Part shown: in pieces, positions 17,495 to 27,723 of the stretch
Position numbering within the stretch: the first letter of the stretch is position 1
Layout: each line of letters begins with the position of its first letter
From: Escherichia phage AV101
Sequence record: OQ973471.1
Reading direction: 5' to 3' (one strand)
DNA: 64,000 nt
The notes under the pieces: generated by a model
Seen by the model: the letters and a program-made list of their open reading frames with translations, nothing else
What the model was told of the DNA's origin: nothing
Databases searched by the model: none
Program-made: the position numbers and the translations under genes

Positions 17495-19840
17495 TCAATC
17501 CTTCTTGATAACTTCAGTCAGGCCGTTTCGCAGGCCGTAGCGAATGTTGTGTTGGAAGTATTCCTGGAACTCCTGCTCACGCTGGCTGATGACAAACAGG
17601 TTGTTCCCACCGAACTTATGCTTCAACATCTCAACCGATTCCTGCACCCCGCGCTCGCTCATGTTCTCAAGGATCTCGTCCAACACGAACAGGTTACATT
17701 GTACAGACGCCTTGAGGTTAGCCACATCGCGCAGAGCTAATGTCACAGCCAGGTTCAGACGACTGCGCTGACCAGTAGACAGGGAGAAGATGCTCTGTCC
17801 TTTGCGGCCTGCTGCGCTCATGGTGATCTCAAAGGTATCGTCAACAACGATGTCCAAGAACATGTTGAGGGCTTCAAGATACTCGTTGATCTTGCTATTG
17901 AGGAATGGAAGATACAGGGCGATGATACGCGCCTTGGTCTGGTCATCTTTCAAGAAGAACAGCAGGTGCTGTAAGTCCTGGAGTTCCTGGTCGGCATCCT
18001 CGCGGCGCTGGTATAGATCCTCCAGTTCACCCTCCAACGCAGCGATAGAGTTCTCTAGGTCGGTGGTAGGTGTTGGCTGTACAGCCAGTTTACGCTCCAG
18101 ATCGGCAATAGACGCCACGAGAAGAGCACGACGGGCTTTCAGCTCGGCGATCTTATCATCGACGGCTTTAATCCCGCTGACGGCATTCTCTCGCTTCTGT
18201 TGCAGCGACGCAGTGATGTCTTCAAAACGAACGTTCAGCGCCTTGCGGATGTCAAGGATCTTCTGTTGACATTCACGGTTCAGGGAGTTGCATTCAATCG
18301 TGGCAGCGTCATGGAACCCCTGAATATCACGACGCAGCTGCTTGATGTTGTCAACGATTTCGTCGGCCTTCTTGCGCATTGCATCCAGTTCAGCATCCAA
18401 CACAGCAATGTCAGCAACCAGCTTGTCGTCCTGGGCTTTGTGGTCATCGATCAGGACATTGATATCGGCGGTAACTTTGTCCAGTTGATCTAACTTCGAC
18501 TGTAGTTCCTGGATCTGAGGATTGTACTCACTCTCAATCCGCGCCTTGGTGTCATCAGACACCAGTTGGGTACATGTTGGGCAAGTCCCCATGTCGTGGA
18601 AGCGCTTGATGGCCGACTGATGTCCATCCATTTCGGTCTGGAACTTGATGCGGAAGTTCTCACCCTGCTGGCGGCGCTGAATAGCAGCGTTCAGGGCGTC
18701 CAGGTTTGTGTTGCGCTCGGTGAGCAGGGTGTTCTTGCGTTCGGCCACTGTAAAGGCGCGGTCACGCAAGACCTGAAGATCATGCTCCGCAGTAGACACT
18801 TCGATGCGCTCATAATCATCGGCCTTTTCCTGAGCGACATCCTTCACCGCCTGGATCTTGGCATCAAAGTCTTTCTTGACAGCCTCGATTTCCACCATGG
18901 ATTCATCATGCAGGCGGCTTTCTACCGTCTTCATTTCCTGGCTGGCTTCGAACTCAACCGCAGTGAGGCGGGTGCGCTCTTCGTTCTGGGCGGCGATGTC
19001 AGCATCCAAGGAATTCAGGGCTTCCTGTTGCTGTACAAGGATATCGGCCGATTGCTGTTGGATCAGGGCGTTGGATTGCTCGATCTGCTGAAGCTGCGTC
19101 TTCTTGTTGGTGTGGTCAACAACCTTCAACGCACATTCATTCGCGATCGTGTCCAGCTTTTCGTTCGCTTTCTTGATGGATGCCTTGACATCTTCGTTCA
19201 TCAGGCTGAAGAAGCCCAAGTCCCAGATAGTCTCCACCATGGCGCGGCGGTCGGCTGTGTACATCTCCGTGAACGGAATGAACTTCTCTTTGCCCAGCAC
19301 CAGAGAGTTCTCAAACATCTTCTGGTCCACGCCGATGAGGTTCACGATGTACTTGTTCATGTCGGCTTTGGCTGCTTCGTTATCGATCTGCAACCACTTG
19401 CCGTCCACCATCTGGTAGACTTCAACAAAGTCAGGTTTAATACCACGGCGAACCTTCCATTCGTTACCACGGCAGGCAAACTCCACCTCACCCACACATT
19501 CCTTGCGGCTTTGTGAGTTTACCAGGCCTGCCTTCTTCTCCTTCTTACTGTACGTGTCGTTGTACAGTACGAAAAACAGCAGCCATACCAGCATCGTGGA
19601 TTTACCCGCGCCGTTGTCATCAGACGTAACAAGGGTGGCCGGGTTGCGCTGATAATCAATCTCCATGAACTGATTGCCGATGGAGCGGAAGTTCTTGGCG
19701 CGGCCTTTGCGGAAGGTCAGTTTGTGTGTAACAACGTTACGCACTTCAAATGGGACTTCAACCTCGACCGGGGCGTCGGCTTCCTTCAAAAGATTACCAA
19801 ATTTGGTCAAGATATCTGTGCTCTGAGTCATGTTATGCAT
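17495..19840 (-). CDS. gp46: Recombination endonuclease subunit, Rad50/SbcC-like (T4 gp46)
   Basis: 781 aa; Walker A DDNGAGKST, long coiled coil, zinc hook CPTC, follows gp47. Confidence 0.85.
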   Translation of the reverse strand: MHNMTQSTDILTKFGNLLKEADAPVEVEVPFEVRNVVTHKLTFRKGRAKNFRSIGNQFMEIDYQRNPATLVTSDDNGAGKSTMLVWLLFFVLYNDTYSKKEKKAGLVNSQSRKECVGEVEFACRGNEWKVRRGIKPDFVEVYQMVDGKWLQIDNEAAKADMNKYIVNLIGVDQKMFENSLVLGKEKFIPFTEMYTADRRAMVETIWDLGFFSLMNEDVKASIKKANEKLDTIANECALKVVDHTNKKTQLQQIEQSNALIQQQSADILVQQQEALNSLDADIAAQNEERTRLTAVEFEASQEMKTVESRLHDESMVEIEAVKKDFDAKIQAVKDVAQEKADDYERIEVSTAEHDLQVLRDRAFTVAERKNTLLTERNTNLDALNAAIQRRQQGENFRIKFQTEMDGHQSAIKRFHDMGTCPTCTQLVSDDTKARIESEYNPQIQELQSKLDQLDKVTADINVLIDDHKAQDDKLVADIAVLDAELDAMRKKADEIVDNIKQLRRDIQGFHDAATIECNSLNRECQQKILDIRKALNVRFEDITASLQQKRENAVSGIKAVDDKIAELKARRALLVASIADLERKLAVQPTPTTDLENSIAALEGELEDLYQRREDADQELQDLQHLLFFLKDDQTKARIIALYLPFLNSKINEYLEALNMFLDIVVDDTFEITMSAAGRKGQSIFSLSTGQRSRLNLAVTLALRDVANLKASVQCNLFVLDEILENMSERGVQESVEMLKHKFGGNNLFVISQREQEFQEYFQHNIRYGLRNGLTEVIKKD

Positions 19841-20948
19841 CCAGTTTGTTCAGGCGTTGTTGGGCAGCATTATAGAAGTGCTCTGCTAGTTTACAGACGT
19901 TGTCGGGGCGCTGAATGTTGTTCCCTGCGCGGATATCCTTCTTCAGGACTTCCACCGCATCGGTCGCCACCATCTCTTCGGTGACCTCAACCTTCTCGGC
20001 AGCAACAGTAATCGTCCGGTCGATGAAGTTGTAGTCAATACACTTGCATCGCTTCATCGCATCACAGAACTTTTCATAATGCTTAGCATTGTCACGGTTC
20101 TGTACAATAACCTTAACAATTTGCCCTTCAATACCCAAGCCTGTGTTCAGCCATTCCGGGTCGATCCAATTACCTTCTTCATCAGAGGACAACTTGGTGT
20201 AATCATATTCCACATAGCGGAACAGCGTCTGGTGCTCGGCGTTCGGGATAAAGATCTCACCACCACGCATGTCGTCTACATAGAAACCACGATTGGTGCC
20301 GTCTTTGTAGTCTTCCCAGTTCAGGTGATATGGAGTCCCAATATATTGAATGTTACCTTCCATCGAACGGGTATGGAAATGCCCCGTGTCGACCCTGGTA
20401 AACTTGGAAAGCAGAGCAACGTCGATCTGACCGTGATCACAAGTAGAAGACTGGTACATTTTGAACCCCGCCAGCTCCAGATGCGCAAAACAGTACTCGG
20501 CGTCTGTATCTTGTATCGCTTTAATAGACGCATCATAGTTCTCCTTGTTGATCCAAGGCAGCAGCAGAGTCTTGACACCCTCGATCATCACTTCGGTCGG
20601 TTCGCTGTAATAGCAGTACACATCCGGGTCGAGTTCGTTCAGGTAGGATGGCCAGTTGATGCGGTTGGACTCTTCCAGGGTGATGTCATGGTTGCCCACG
20701 ATGCCATTCCACTTGATACCAGCCGCTTTCAACGCAGGGGTGAGTTCATCCTTCAGCCAGTCTTTGTCGCGCCCGTACATGAATTTGCGGACATCAAACG
20801 TATCACCGAACTGCCAGACCTCTTTGATATCAGAGTCGGCAAGTTCAGGAATGAAATAATTGATGAGATAGTTCTTGATGAAGTCGCGAACGTATCGAGA
20901 ACCATTACGGCTCCCGATATGCAGATCACCAATTTTAGCAATCGCCAT
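19833..20948 (-). CDS. gp47: Recombination nuclease subunit, Mre11/SbcD-like (T4 gp47)
   Basis: 371 aa; calcineurin-like phosphoesterase motifs (GDLHIG, GDTFD, GNHD, GHFH). Confidence 0.85.
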   Translation of the reverse strand: MAIAKIGDLHIGSRNGSRYVRDFIKNYLINYFIPELADSDIKEVWQFGDTFDVRKFMYGRDKDWLKDELTPALKAAGIKWNGIVGNHDITLEESNRINWPSYLNELDPDVYCYYSEPTEVMIEGVKTLLLPWINKENYDASIKAIQDTDAEYCFAHLELAGFKMYQSSTCDHGQIDVALLSKFTRVDTGHFHTRSMEGNIQYIGTPYHLNWEDYKDGTNRGFYVDDMRGGEIFIPNAEHQTLFRYVEYDYTKLSSDEEGNWIDPEWLNTGLGIEGQIVKVIVQNRDNAKHYEKFCDAMKRCKCIDYNFIDRTITVAAEKVEVTEEMVATDAVEVLKKDIRAGNNIQRPDNVCKLAEHFYNAAQQRLNKLDA

Positions 20949-21726
20949 TATTCTGTTTCTCCCGTTCTTCTAATCTTTGTTTGAGGGCTTCCCAATCTGG
21001 TTCCATCGCACAGATATCATCTTCCAGATTGAATTGGGTTTTGCCGAAGTCTTGATCTGAATTGTCTTCGGCCTGCGCTGTTACCGTATTCTTAGCCTGC
21101 GCCATGTATTGAAGTATGCCTTTCGCAATCTTTTTATTCGATTCTGCGAGACGAGCTGCCTCCACCTTCTCTCGCTCCTTCTGCCTTTGAGCGTCCTTTT
21201 TGTTCTCAAAGTTGCCGATACGTTCACGGAAGTCCATGCCAATTCCTGTAGCATCAACAAAGACCTCTTGTTGGAAGTCGGGATCGTCTGCCAGGCCTGC
21301 GAACCCACCCGCCTCTTCAAATGAGCGCAATTTAATGTACGTGTGCTCTTCTTCGATATTCAGTTTACGAGCGAATGATCGATCAGCACACATGGTCACC
21401 CAAGAGAAGAAGTTGATCTTCCCTTTCTTTCCAATGTGTTCGACGTCAAATGTGTGGAGGTAGCGCAAGATGTTGACTATTGCTTCAGAGACCATGTCTT
21501 CACGGAAGGGATAGTCGCGATAGTTGTAGCGGGTGCTCATCTTGGTGATGATGCGCTGGACCTGTAGAGCAACATAGTTGGGGATCTTTGGAAGCCTGGT
21601 GCCTTCAGCCAGAGCCTTCTTACGAGCAGGGATCCAATCACGAAGGATACTGATGACACGCTCGTTATCTTCGTCTGTGAAATATTTGACGACATTCTCC
21701 CCTCTGTCCACGAAGTTCATTCCCAT
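20935..21726 (-). CDS. gp55: Late-transcription sigma factor, T4 gp55-like
   Basis: Pattern RYNYRDY...EDMVSEAIVNILRYLHTFD parallels T4 gp55 RFNFSGY...EMIADGIEASIKGLHNFD; TATAAATA late promoters present in window. Confidence 0.6.
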   Translation of the reverse strand: MGMNFVDRGENVVKYFTDEDNERVISILRDWIPARKKALAEGTRLPKIPNYVALQVQRIITKMSTRYNYRDYPFREDMVSEAIVNILRYLHTFDVEHIGKKGKINFFSWVTMCADRSFARKLNIEEEHTYIKLRSFEEAGGFAGLADDPDFQQEVFVDATGIGMDFRERIGNFENKKDAQRQKEREKVEAARLAESNKKIAKGILQYMAQAKNTVTAQAEDNSDQDFGKTQFNLEDDICAMEPDWEALKQRLEEREKQNNGDC

Positions 21727-21737
21727 TATGAAATCCC

Positions 21738-22265
21738 TCAGATACCGATAAATTCATCAAAAGATCCAACAACCTTCTTCACCGAGATCTTGTCATTCTC
21801 AATCAGGAAGTTGCTGTCGTTTTTGGCTGCTGTGGCCCAGTCATCGGCAAGTTCGTTGCCTTCGTGCCCCGCATGACCCTTAACCCATTTTAGTTCAACA
21901 TCACAAATTGAACAAACGAGATCATAGATTCTGAACAGATCTTTGATGAGTTCAACGTTCTTTTCTGGGAAACCCTGATACTCCCACTTCGCTCGCCATT
22001 CGGTGACGCTCTTGATAGCATATTGGCTGTCAGACCAAATTGTTGCCTTTGGTATTCTGCGCTCACCCTTTCCTGAGAATGCCCACAGTAGCTTCAATGC
22101 GTTGGTCACACCCAACAACTCGGCGATATTGTTAGTGGACGGGGGAGGTAGATGACCGAAGAACACCTTCCATTGCATACCCGTTATTGGCCTGATGACA
22201 AATGCCCATCCTGCGGCCTGGTTGGTCTTCGGGTTAGAACCCCCGTCAGAATAAATTTCTATCAT
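21738..22265 (-). CDS. rnhA: Ribonuclease HI
   Basis: IYSDGGS, DSQY, WVKGHAGHEGNELAD motifs; start at internal ATG 22265. Confidence 0.85.
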   Translation of the reverse strand: MIEIYSDGGSNPKTNQAAGWAFVIRPITGMQWKVFFGHLPPPSTNNIAELLGVTNALKLLWAFSGKGERRIPKATIWSDSQYAIKSVTEWRAKWEYQGFPEKNVELIKDLFRIYDLVCSICDVELKWVKGHAGHEGNELADDWATAAKNDSNFLIENDKISVKKVVGSFDEFIGI

Positions 22266-22267
22266 GA

Positions 22268-22275
22268 TATAAATA
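22268..22275 (+). promoter_or_regulatory. T4-type late promoter TATAAATA
   Basis: Exact TATAAATA 36 nt upstream of ATG 22311. Confidence 0.5.
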
Positions 22276-22310
22276 TCCCAAACTGGTTTTATAGAAAGAG
22301 GAATGAAACT

Positions 22311-23078
22311 ATGGCACCCCGCGCATATCGTTTCAGTCTCACCGCCCCGCAGATTGAGCAATTGCTCCTCTCTATCTATGATGCTATCAAGTCAGAAGAT
22401 ATCATCTATGATTATGCTGCAGGTGGGACTGCTGGACAAGTCGCAGCAGCTTCTGCTGTCAAGAACATGTGGTTGAAGCTCAACGAGATGGTGACAGGCC
22501 AAGGTCTCAAAGATGCCATCAACGATGCAGAAGACAGCAACGTGTTCACCGACTATTATAAGTCTTTACTGGATCGCGAAGGTTGGAAATTTATTGGATC
22601 TCCAGCAGATGAACTTCAGCGAGGCGACATCGATACCTCGAACTTCAAAGGTGGTGAGGTCATTCTACTTCAGAAGAACGCTTCGGGCAACCCAGAATTC
22701 CAATACTGGAAGCGAACCCCTGTTGCTGGGGGTGATCCTACCTTTGCATGGGCTTCGGTCTATGAAGGGAACTCCAATGATTCCAGCATAGAGATTCCCG
22801 TGGTTGGCACCAGCGTACTCAAGGACATCCCCAAGGCACTCTTCCATATGATCGAGTTCAGAGTGCATGTCTACGATGAGACACTGGGTCATTGGCAAGA
22901 CACCGACGGGAAGGTAGGGTATCGTGGCGAGGATCTGATCTACAGTGTCTACAACCATATTCAGACCAAACCTCTCGCCACCATTGACTTCAGCCAAGAT
23001 ACGGACAATATGACGGTTTCTGTGACGTCGTTGGAACCGAATGTCAAGTGCCATCTGTCCTTCGTTGCGGGTTACTAA
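22311..23078 (+). CDS. Hypothetical late protein (255 aa) on plus strand
   Basis: TATAAATA at 22268-22275 and AGGA RBS upstream of ATG at 22311. Confidence 0.5.
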   Translation: MAPRAYRFSLTAPQIEQLLLSIYDAIKSEDIIYDYAAGGTAGQVAAASAVKNMWLKLNEMVTGQGLKDAINDAEDSNVFTDYYKSLLDREGWKFIGSPADELQRGDIDTSNFKGGEVILLQKNASGNPEFQYWKRTPVAGGDPTFAWASVYEGNSNDSSIEIPVVGTSVLKDIPKALFHMIEFRVHVYDETLGHWQDTDGKVGYRGEDLIYSVYNHIQTKPLATIDFSQDTDNMTVSVTSLEPNVKCHLSFVAGY

Positions 23079-24793
23079 ACCTCAAACACGGCATCAGTGA
23101 ACCAAGCGGGGAAGAACTCTGGGTTGCGCATCATCAGTGATTCGAAAGAAGAATCAAGGATGTACGTCGCAGCCCAGTCATTCACGCCCCTGACCGAACG
23201 CCCACACATCTGAACGATACGCAGTACCGCCATCCTGAAGTACGCCGATGGGTCCACACTGTTGACGTGGGCCACCAGAGGATCACCAAGGTAATCGTAT
23301 GGCACCTTGATCAAGATCTGAAATCGACTATAATCGCCTTTGAAGTCATACCCCTCTTCCATGGCCGGACTGGCGATGACACAAGGTGTCTTCGTCCTGA
23401 ACGCGTGTTCCATGATGTCCATCAGAGCCTTACGAGTACGAGGAACGTGAATCATATTCCGGTACTTACTGAACTTTTGTAGAGCCAGGGCGCGGTCATA
23501 ACTGACTGTGTGAATGATGCCAGACTGCCCAGGGTGGAATGCGATGATTTCATCCACGTATTCAGCCAGCTTCTTCATCTCGTAGTCACCCATGTTCGCC
23601 GTCATCTTCATGATGGGCATGTAGTTGACTTTCCGGTTCTCAATCGGGATAGGGTTGCCGATCTGAATCTTGTGGTACTCACCCTCGCGGATACCCAGTG
23701 ACCTGGCGTACGAGTCAATCCCACAAATGGTCGCCGACATGTGGACGTGGTAGTCACCCTTGCGGAAAAGACCGAACTGGGATACATCAGAGGCGATGAC
23801 AGGCTTGAACTGAATCATACCCTTGTCCTTCTCCTGTACGATGAAAGTGCTGGCGTTGGTCTGCCCCATGATACCACAGTAGTCGCTGAGGTTGTGAAGA
23901 GTATCAATAATATCAGACAGCTTCATCACCTGGGCTTCAGTCAGGCGCTCGTCTTCTACCAGTTCCTCAAGAGTTTCCAGCAGAGATTCAACCTTGCCGT
24001 GTAGTTCATCAAATATCGCATGCATCTCACCAGACAGGGAATACAGCTTGCCCAATTCATAGTTCTCTGTGCGGATGATGATATCCTTGATGGTCTCCAC
24101 GATAGGCACTCCCTCGGGGATCGTAAGCAGCCCTTCCACAGCCTTTGTGCTGTATTCCATGATAGTATGCTCTAGGAGCGTAGAGGGCATTTTATGACAC
24201 TCGTCAAGGATCAGCATATCGGCGCGGTTTTCCGGCTTCATACAGATCGTCGTGCACATCTCCACCATCATGGCGGCGTTGGTGCAGCGCAGGGAGGAGA
24301 CGTCGGTCCACTGTCGACGCGCCTGAACATATGGGCAACGATTCTTACTACAGTGGCCATCACGGCATGCCATACGACACTGAATGGCGTTGTAGTATAG
24401 GTCGGGACTGATGTGGCAACGATAGTTCTTCTTGCCCTTCAGGATGTCTATCGCCACGGCTTTCTCTGCTGCATACTGATCCTGTAAACCTTTGGTCGGC
24501 GTCGTGATAGACGTGCGAAACTGACCATACGGGTTGTGCTCAAGAACCAAATGGCGAAGCACGTTATGGATGGTAGTGCCGATGAGGGATTTACCCACAC
24601 CAGTCGGAGCCTCGATGATCACGTGTTTGAATTTCTTATTCACAAGGGCATCAATGGCTTCAACGATGCACTCCATCTGGCCGGGGTTGGCGGTGTCATA
24701 CGGGAAGAACTCAGTGGCAAGAGACTTGATGCGGTCTATGCTGACTGGTCCGACGCCGCCAAGCGCCTTGGTATATTGGTTGAATGCTGTCAC
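23075..24793 (-). CDS. ATP-dependent helicase, DinG/Rad3(XPD)-like with Fe-S cysteine cluster
   Basis: 572 aa; Walker A APTGVGKS, DEAH box LILDECH, four-Cys cluster in helicase domain 1. Confidence 0.65.
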   Translation of the reverse strand: MTAFNQYTKALGGVGPVSIDRIKSLATEFFPYDTANPGQMECIVEAIDALVNKKFKHVIIEAPTGVGKSLIGTTIHNVLRHLVLEHNPYGQFRTSITTPTKGLQDQYAAEKAVAIDILKGKKNYRCHISPDLYYNAIQCRMACRDGHCSKNRCPYVQARRQWTDVSSLRCTNAAMMVEMCTTICMKPENRADMLILDECHKMPSTLLEHTIMEYSTKAVEGLLTIPEGVPIVETIKDIIIRTENYELGKLYSLSGEMHAIFDELHGKVESLLETLEELVEDERLTEAQVMKLSDIIDTLHNLSDYCGIMGQTNASTFIVQEKDKGMIQFKPVIASDVSQFGLFRKGDYHVHMSATICGIDSYARSLGIREGEYHKIQIGNPIPIENRKVNYMPIMKMTANMGDYEMKKLAEYVDEIIAFHPGQSGIIHTVSYDRALALQKFSKYRNMIHVPRTRKALMDIMEHAFRTKTPCVIASPAMEEGYDFKGDYSRFQILIKVPYDYLGDPLVAHVNSVDPSAYFRMAVLRIVQMCGRSVRGVNDWAATYILDSSFESLMMRNPEFFPAWFTDAVFEV

Positions 24794-24922
24794 TTTCTTC
24801 CTCCTATGGGATTCGCCTATAGTTTACCCGATCCCCAAGAACGAAAAAGCCGGAGTACAATGCTCCGGCTTTCTCTTTTGCCATGCCCTGTATTGCAGAG
24901 TCTGGCCGCGCGTCAGATAGAA

Positions 24923-25201
24923 TTACTTGCCGTTGGCAGCGTTCTTCAGACCTTCGCCCACTTTGAATTTCACAACGTTTTTCGCCGCGATCTGAATGGT
25001 CTGGCCGTTCAGAGGGTTGCGGCCTTCACGCGCTTCTTGGTGTTTCACTTCGAACGCACCGAAGCCGACCAGCTGTACAGATGCGCCTGCAGCAACTGCA
25101 GTTTTAACACCGTCGATAAAGGATGCCACTACTTTCTCCGCTTCGCCTTTGGTGATATTCTGGGTCGAAGCAATGTGGGCAACAAATTCAGTACGATTCA
25201 T
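24923..25201 (-). CDS. HU/IHF-family histone-like DNA-binding protein
   Basis: 92 aa; GFGAFEVKHQEAREGRNPLNGQTIQIAAKNVVKFK matches HU arm motif. Confidence 0.85.
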   Translation of the reverse strand: MNRTEFVAHIASTQNITKGEAEKVVASFIDGVKTAVAAGASVQLVGFGAFEVKHQEAREGRNPLNGQTIQIAAKNVVKFKVGEGLKNAANGK

Positions 25202-25326
25202 CTGGATTTCTCCGTTGGGTTAATGTTTACTTTCATGTTCACTACAAGAGGGCTACAGTTTAACTAACAAATTTTATTGAATAAAGCGGAATTAATAGCC
25301 TTTCACCACGATTACAGTCTTTGTGC

Positions 25327-25767
25327 TCATATTTGCTCCGTTTGTTTCTCAACGCCCAGTGCGGCGGCATAGATACCACGAGCCATGCGATCATCACAAA
25401 ATCCATGCGTGAATAATCCAGCAATGGCATCAAGGCGTTCCTGTGTTGGTGTGACAGGCACAGACGCCGTTTGAACTTCAGTCTTTTCGGTGCCTTCCGG
25501 TTTCATCAAGACCTCCATTTCTTGACGGCTAACAATAATGGTTTCTACCTTATCTTCATCGATCAACATTTCGTTCAGAAGATCGTATCCCAACACTTGT
25601 GTATCGCCGATATATGTTTTCGCGTTCAGTTCTGCTTCGATACTTAACACCCTCTGAGCTGTAAGGCCACCAGAGGAGAACGGTACTGGATAGAAGGCGG
25701 AACGCACTTGGGCACACCCATTTACGCTGTAACGAACCAGCAAGACATCACACCATACGCCAGCCAT
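25327..25767 (-). CDS. Hypothetical protein
   Basis: 146 aa ORF. Confidence 0.4.
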   Translation of the reverse strand: MAGVWCDVLLVRYSVNGCAQVRSAFYPVPFSSGGLTAQRVLSIEAELNAKTYIGDTQVLGYDLLNEMLIDEDKVETIIVSRQEMEVLMKPEGTEKTEVQTASVPVTPTQERLDAIAGLFTHGFCDDRMARGIYAAALGVEKQTEQI

Positions 25768-25768
25768 A

Positions 25769-26431
25769 TTACACCTCCACCGCGTGAGACTTCAGGAGTT
25801 CATCAATCTCTTTCTGTCCCATGTATGAGAACGGGGTGCGCTGGTAGAACGCCCAGAGTACTAACTGGACAACAGCACGGGAACGGGTTTCGGCCGTCAT
25901 CACCAGGCCACTGAAATGAGGAGACTCAGCTGTCCATTGTATCTCTTCGCCCAGGTCTTGATTACAGGTCACCGAGATGCGGAACTTGTTGCACAGATTG
26001 TCGACTTCTTTGTACGCATCGGTAGACACACGAAGTTGTTCCGCATGCACCCACGGAGTTGTGATGATTCTTTCACCCATCACTTTATCAGAGATAAACC
26101 AATCAATACATTCGGTAAACTCACTAAAATGGTCGATACGATAAATGCAGTCTCCCCCTTCCATAGAACGCATGGCATGATAGCGAGCGTCAATTTCGTT
26201 GTTATGCATAGCGTTGAAGTCGATGAACACGCGACGCGCCAGCACAACATCTTCTGGTTGAAGTGCCAGGAAATCGTTCAGGCGGCTATAATGGAGGACA
26301 TTGGAACCGTCGTGGCCACGTGTGCAATATGCGTAATGGCTACCGATACGGGCGTGGGCAATATAAGACAACGGGGCGAAGAATAATCCGTCAGGATCAG
26401 GACCGACGATAATAGAATAAAGTTTTTCCAT
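25769..26431 (-). CDS. Hypothetical protein (220 aa)
   Basis: Start set by conserved leader/RBS. Confidence 0.4.
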   Translation of the reverse strand: MEKLYSIIVGPDPDGLFFAPLSYIAHARIGSHYAYCTRGHDGSNVLHYSRLNDFLALQPEDVVLARRVFIDFNAMHNNEIDARYHAMRSMEGGDCIYRIDHFSEFTECIDWFISDKVMGERIITTPWVHAEQLRVSTDAYKEVDNLCNKFRISVTCNQDLGEEIQWTAESPHFSGLVMTAETRSRAVVQLVLWAFYQRTPFSYMGQKEIDELLKSHAVEV

Positions 26432-26487
26432 GATATAGTCTCTCAAATGAAAGGGTAGCTTTATGATAAGCCGCCCGAGGTTATTGA

Positions 26488-27357
26488 TTATTGGAAATCG
26501 CCAACATACATGTTCAGCTTGTCATCCCAATTCAGAACAACACGGATCGTTCCGGTATCTTCTGGGAAGGTCAGTTTGTCACACATGGCGCGATTAACAT
26601 AAGTCCCGCTCTGGTTGACGTTGTAGTCCTTGCCTTGCATGATACCAAAACGCTTGAAGTCGCGAGTGACCATCATGTTCAACGTGGTCCACGGAATGAT
26701 GTCACGCAAGGCTTTGCACAGGATGATCTTGCCATCCGACCTGAACGACACAAACAGCTCGTTGGCGACACGACGGCGAGTAGGCGGTTCAAGTTCACGC
26801 AGGGAAATGAATTGTGAATTCTTTACCTTTTCTGCCAGCGCCTGTACTTCTGCTGGATCCGGCTTGAACGGCTCCACTGAAGAGTCAGACTTCATCACAA
26901 CGTCACCCTTGCGCTTCTCAACCAATTGCTCCACAGCCTTTTGACTCACGGGAGGGAGGTATTTGGACTTAGGAACAACCGCTGGCTTGATGACAGGGCT
27001 TGCATCTGGTTTCGCCTTTGGAGTACTCCGTGCCGCACGCAGCTTTTCCTGGGCTTGTAGAATGCGCTCTTGACGAGAAAGCGGAGCCTTTGGGGTGATC
27101 TTCGTACTGAAGTCAGAAACGCCGACCCAGTCACCCTGGTCATTACGCTTGGCTACCAGAGTCAGTTTGTGGATGATACCCTGAAGTTTGCTCTCACGCA
27201 AGTTGTCAGCATACCAGAACTTCGCGCCCATCTCGAACTTCTCGGCGAAGATCACGCGAGCGTCTTCGTGTACCAACATAACTTTGGCTGCGTTGGGGGC
27301 AAAAGCCTTATTCTTTTCGATAATCGCCGCAGCGATTGTTTTGGTCAGGAGCATCAC
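26488..27357 (-). CDS. Hypothetical protein (289 aa)
   Basis: ORF with Lys/Pro-rich central linker. Confidence 0.4.
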   Translation of the reverse strand: MMLLTKTIAAAIIEKNKAFAPNAAKVMLVHEDARVIFAEKFEMGAKFWYADNLRESKLQGIIHKLTLVAKRNDQGDWVGVSDFSTKITPKAPLSRQERILQAQEKLRAARSTPKAKPDASPVIKPAVVPKSKYLPPVSQKAVEQLVEKRKGDVVMKSDSSVEPFKPDPAEVQALAEKVKNSQFISLRELEPPTRRRVANELFVSFRSDGKIILCKALRDIIPWTTLNMMVTRDFKRFGIMQGKDYNVNQSGTYVNRAMCDKLTFPEDTGTIRVVLNWDDKLNMYVGDFQ

Positions 27358-27393
27358 AGTGTATTCCTTCAGTTCACAATGTAGGGCTAAATT

Positions 27394-27723
27394 TTAACCC
27401 GAAACTTTATTTTGAAATCCGACAAAGTCCTGGGCAATCCCCCGGCAATACATCAGGTCTTTCTTCGTTTGTGGACTGTTGTCAGCCGCAGTCAGCATCA
27501 TGGGAAGATCCAGCGCATTCTCTATCTGATCAACACTGAACAGATCAAGGCGCTTCAGCTCTCCCTCAAAGTCAGACAGGAGGATAGATGTGTCTTTGTC
27601 ATCTGGGTGGAACTGCTGATACGTCTCCATCCATGCCACACATGTGTTCAGTTTGGACGGTGGCGCAGCGTTTACACACCCGGCTATCAGTACCAACAAG
27701 AGCAGGATTTTACATTTCATCAC
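27394..27723 (-). CDS. Putative lipoprotein (109 aa)
   Basis: Signal peptide with lipobox LIAGC; 4-bp overlap with upstream exported-protein gene. Confidence 0.5.
   Translation of the reverse strand: MMKCKILLLLVLIAGCVNAAPPSKLNTCVAWMETYQQFHPDDKDTSILLSDFEGELKRLDLFSVDQIENALDLPMMLTAADNSPQTKKDLMYCRGIAQDFVGFQNKVSG

Noticed and set aside
18566-19516. 316-aa plus-strand ORF
   Set aside because: Antisense to the well-supported gp46 gene; Leu/His/Val-rich low-complexity translation typical of a shadow frame.
20079-20984. 301-aa plus-strand ORF
   Set aside because: Antisense to gp47, which has clear phosphoesterase motifs.
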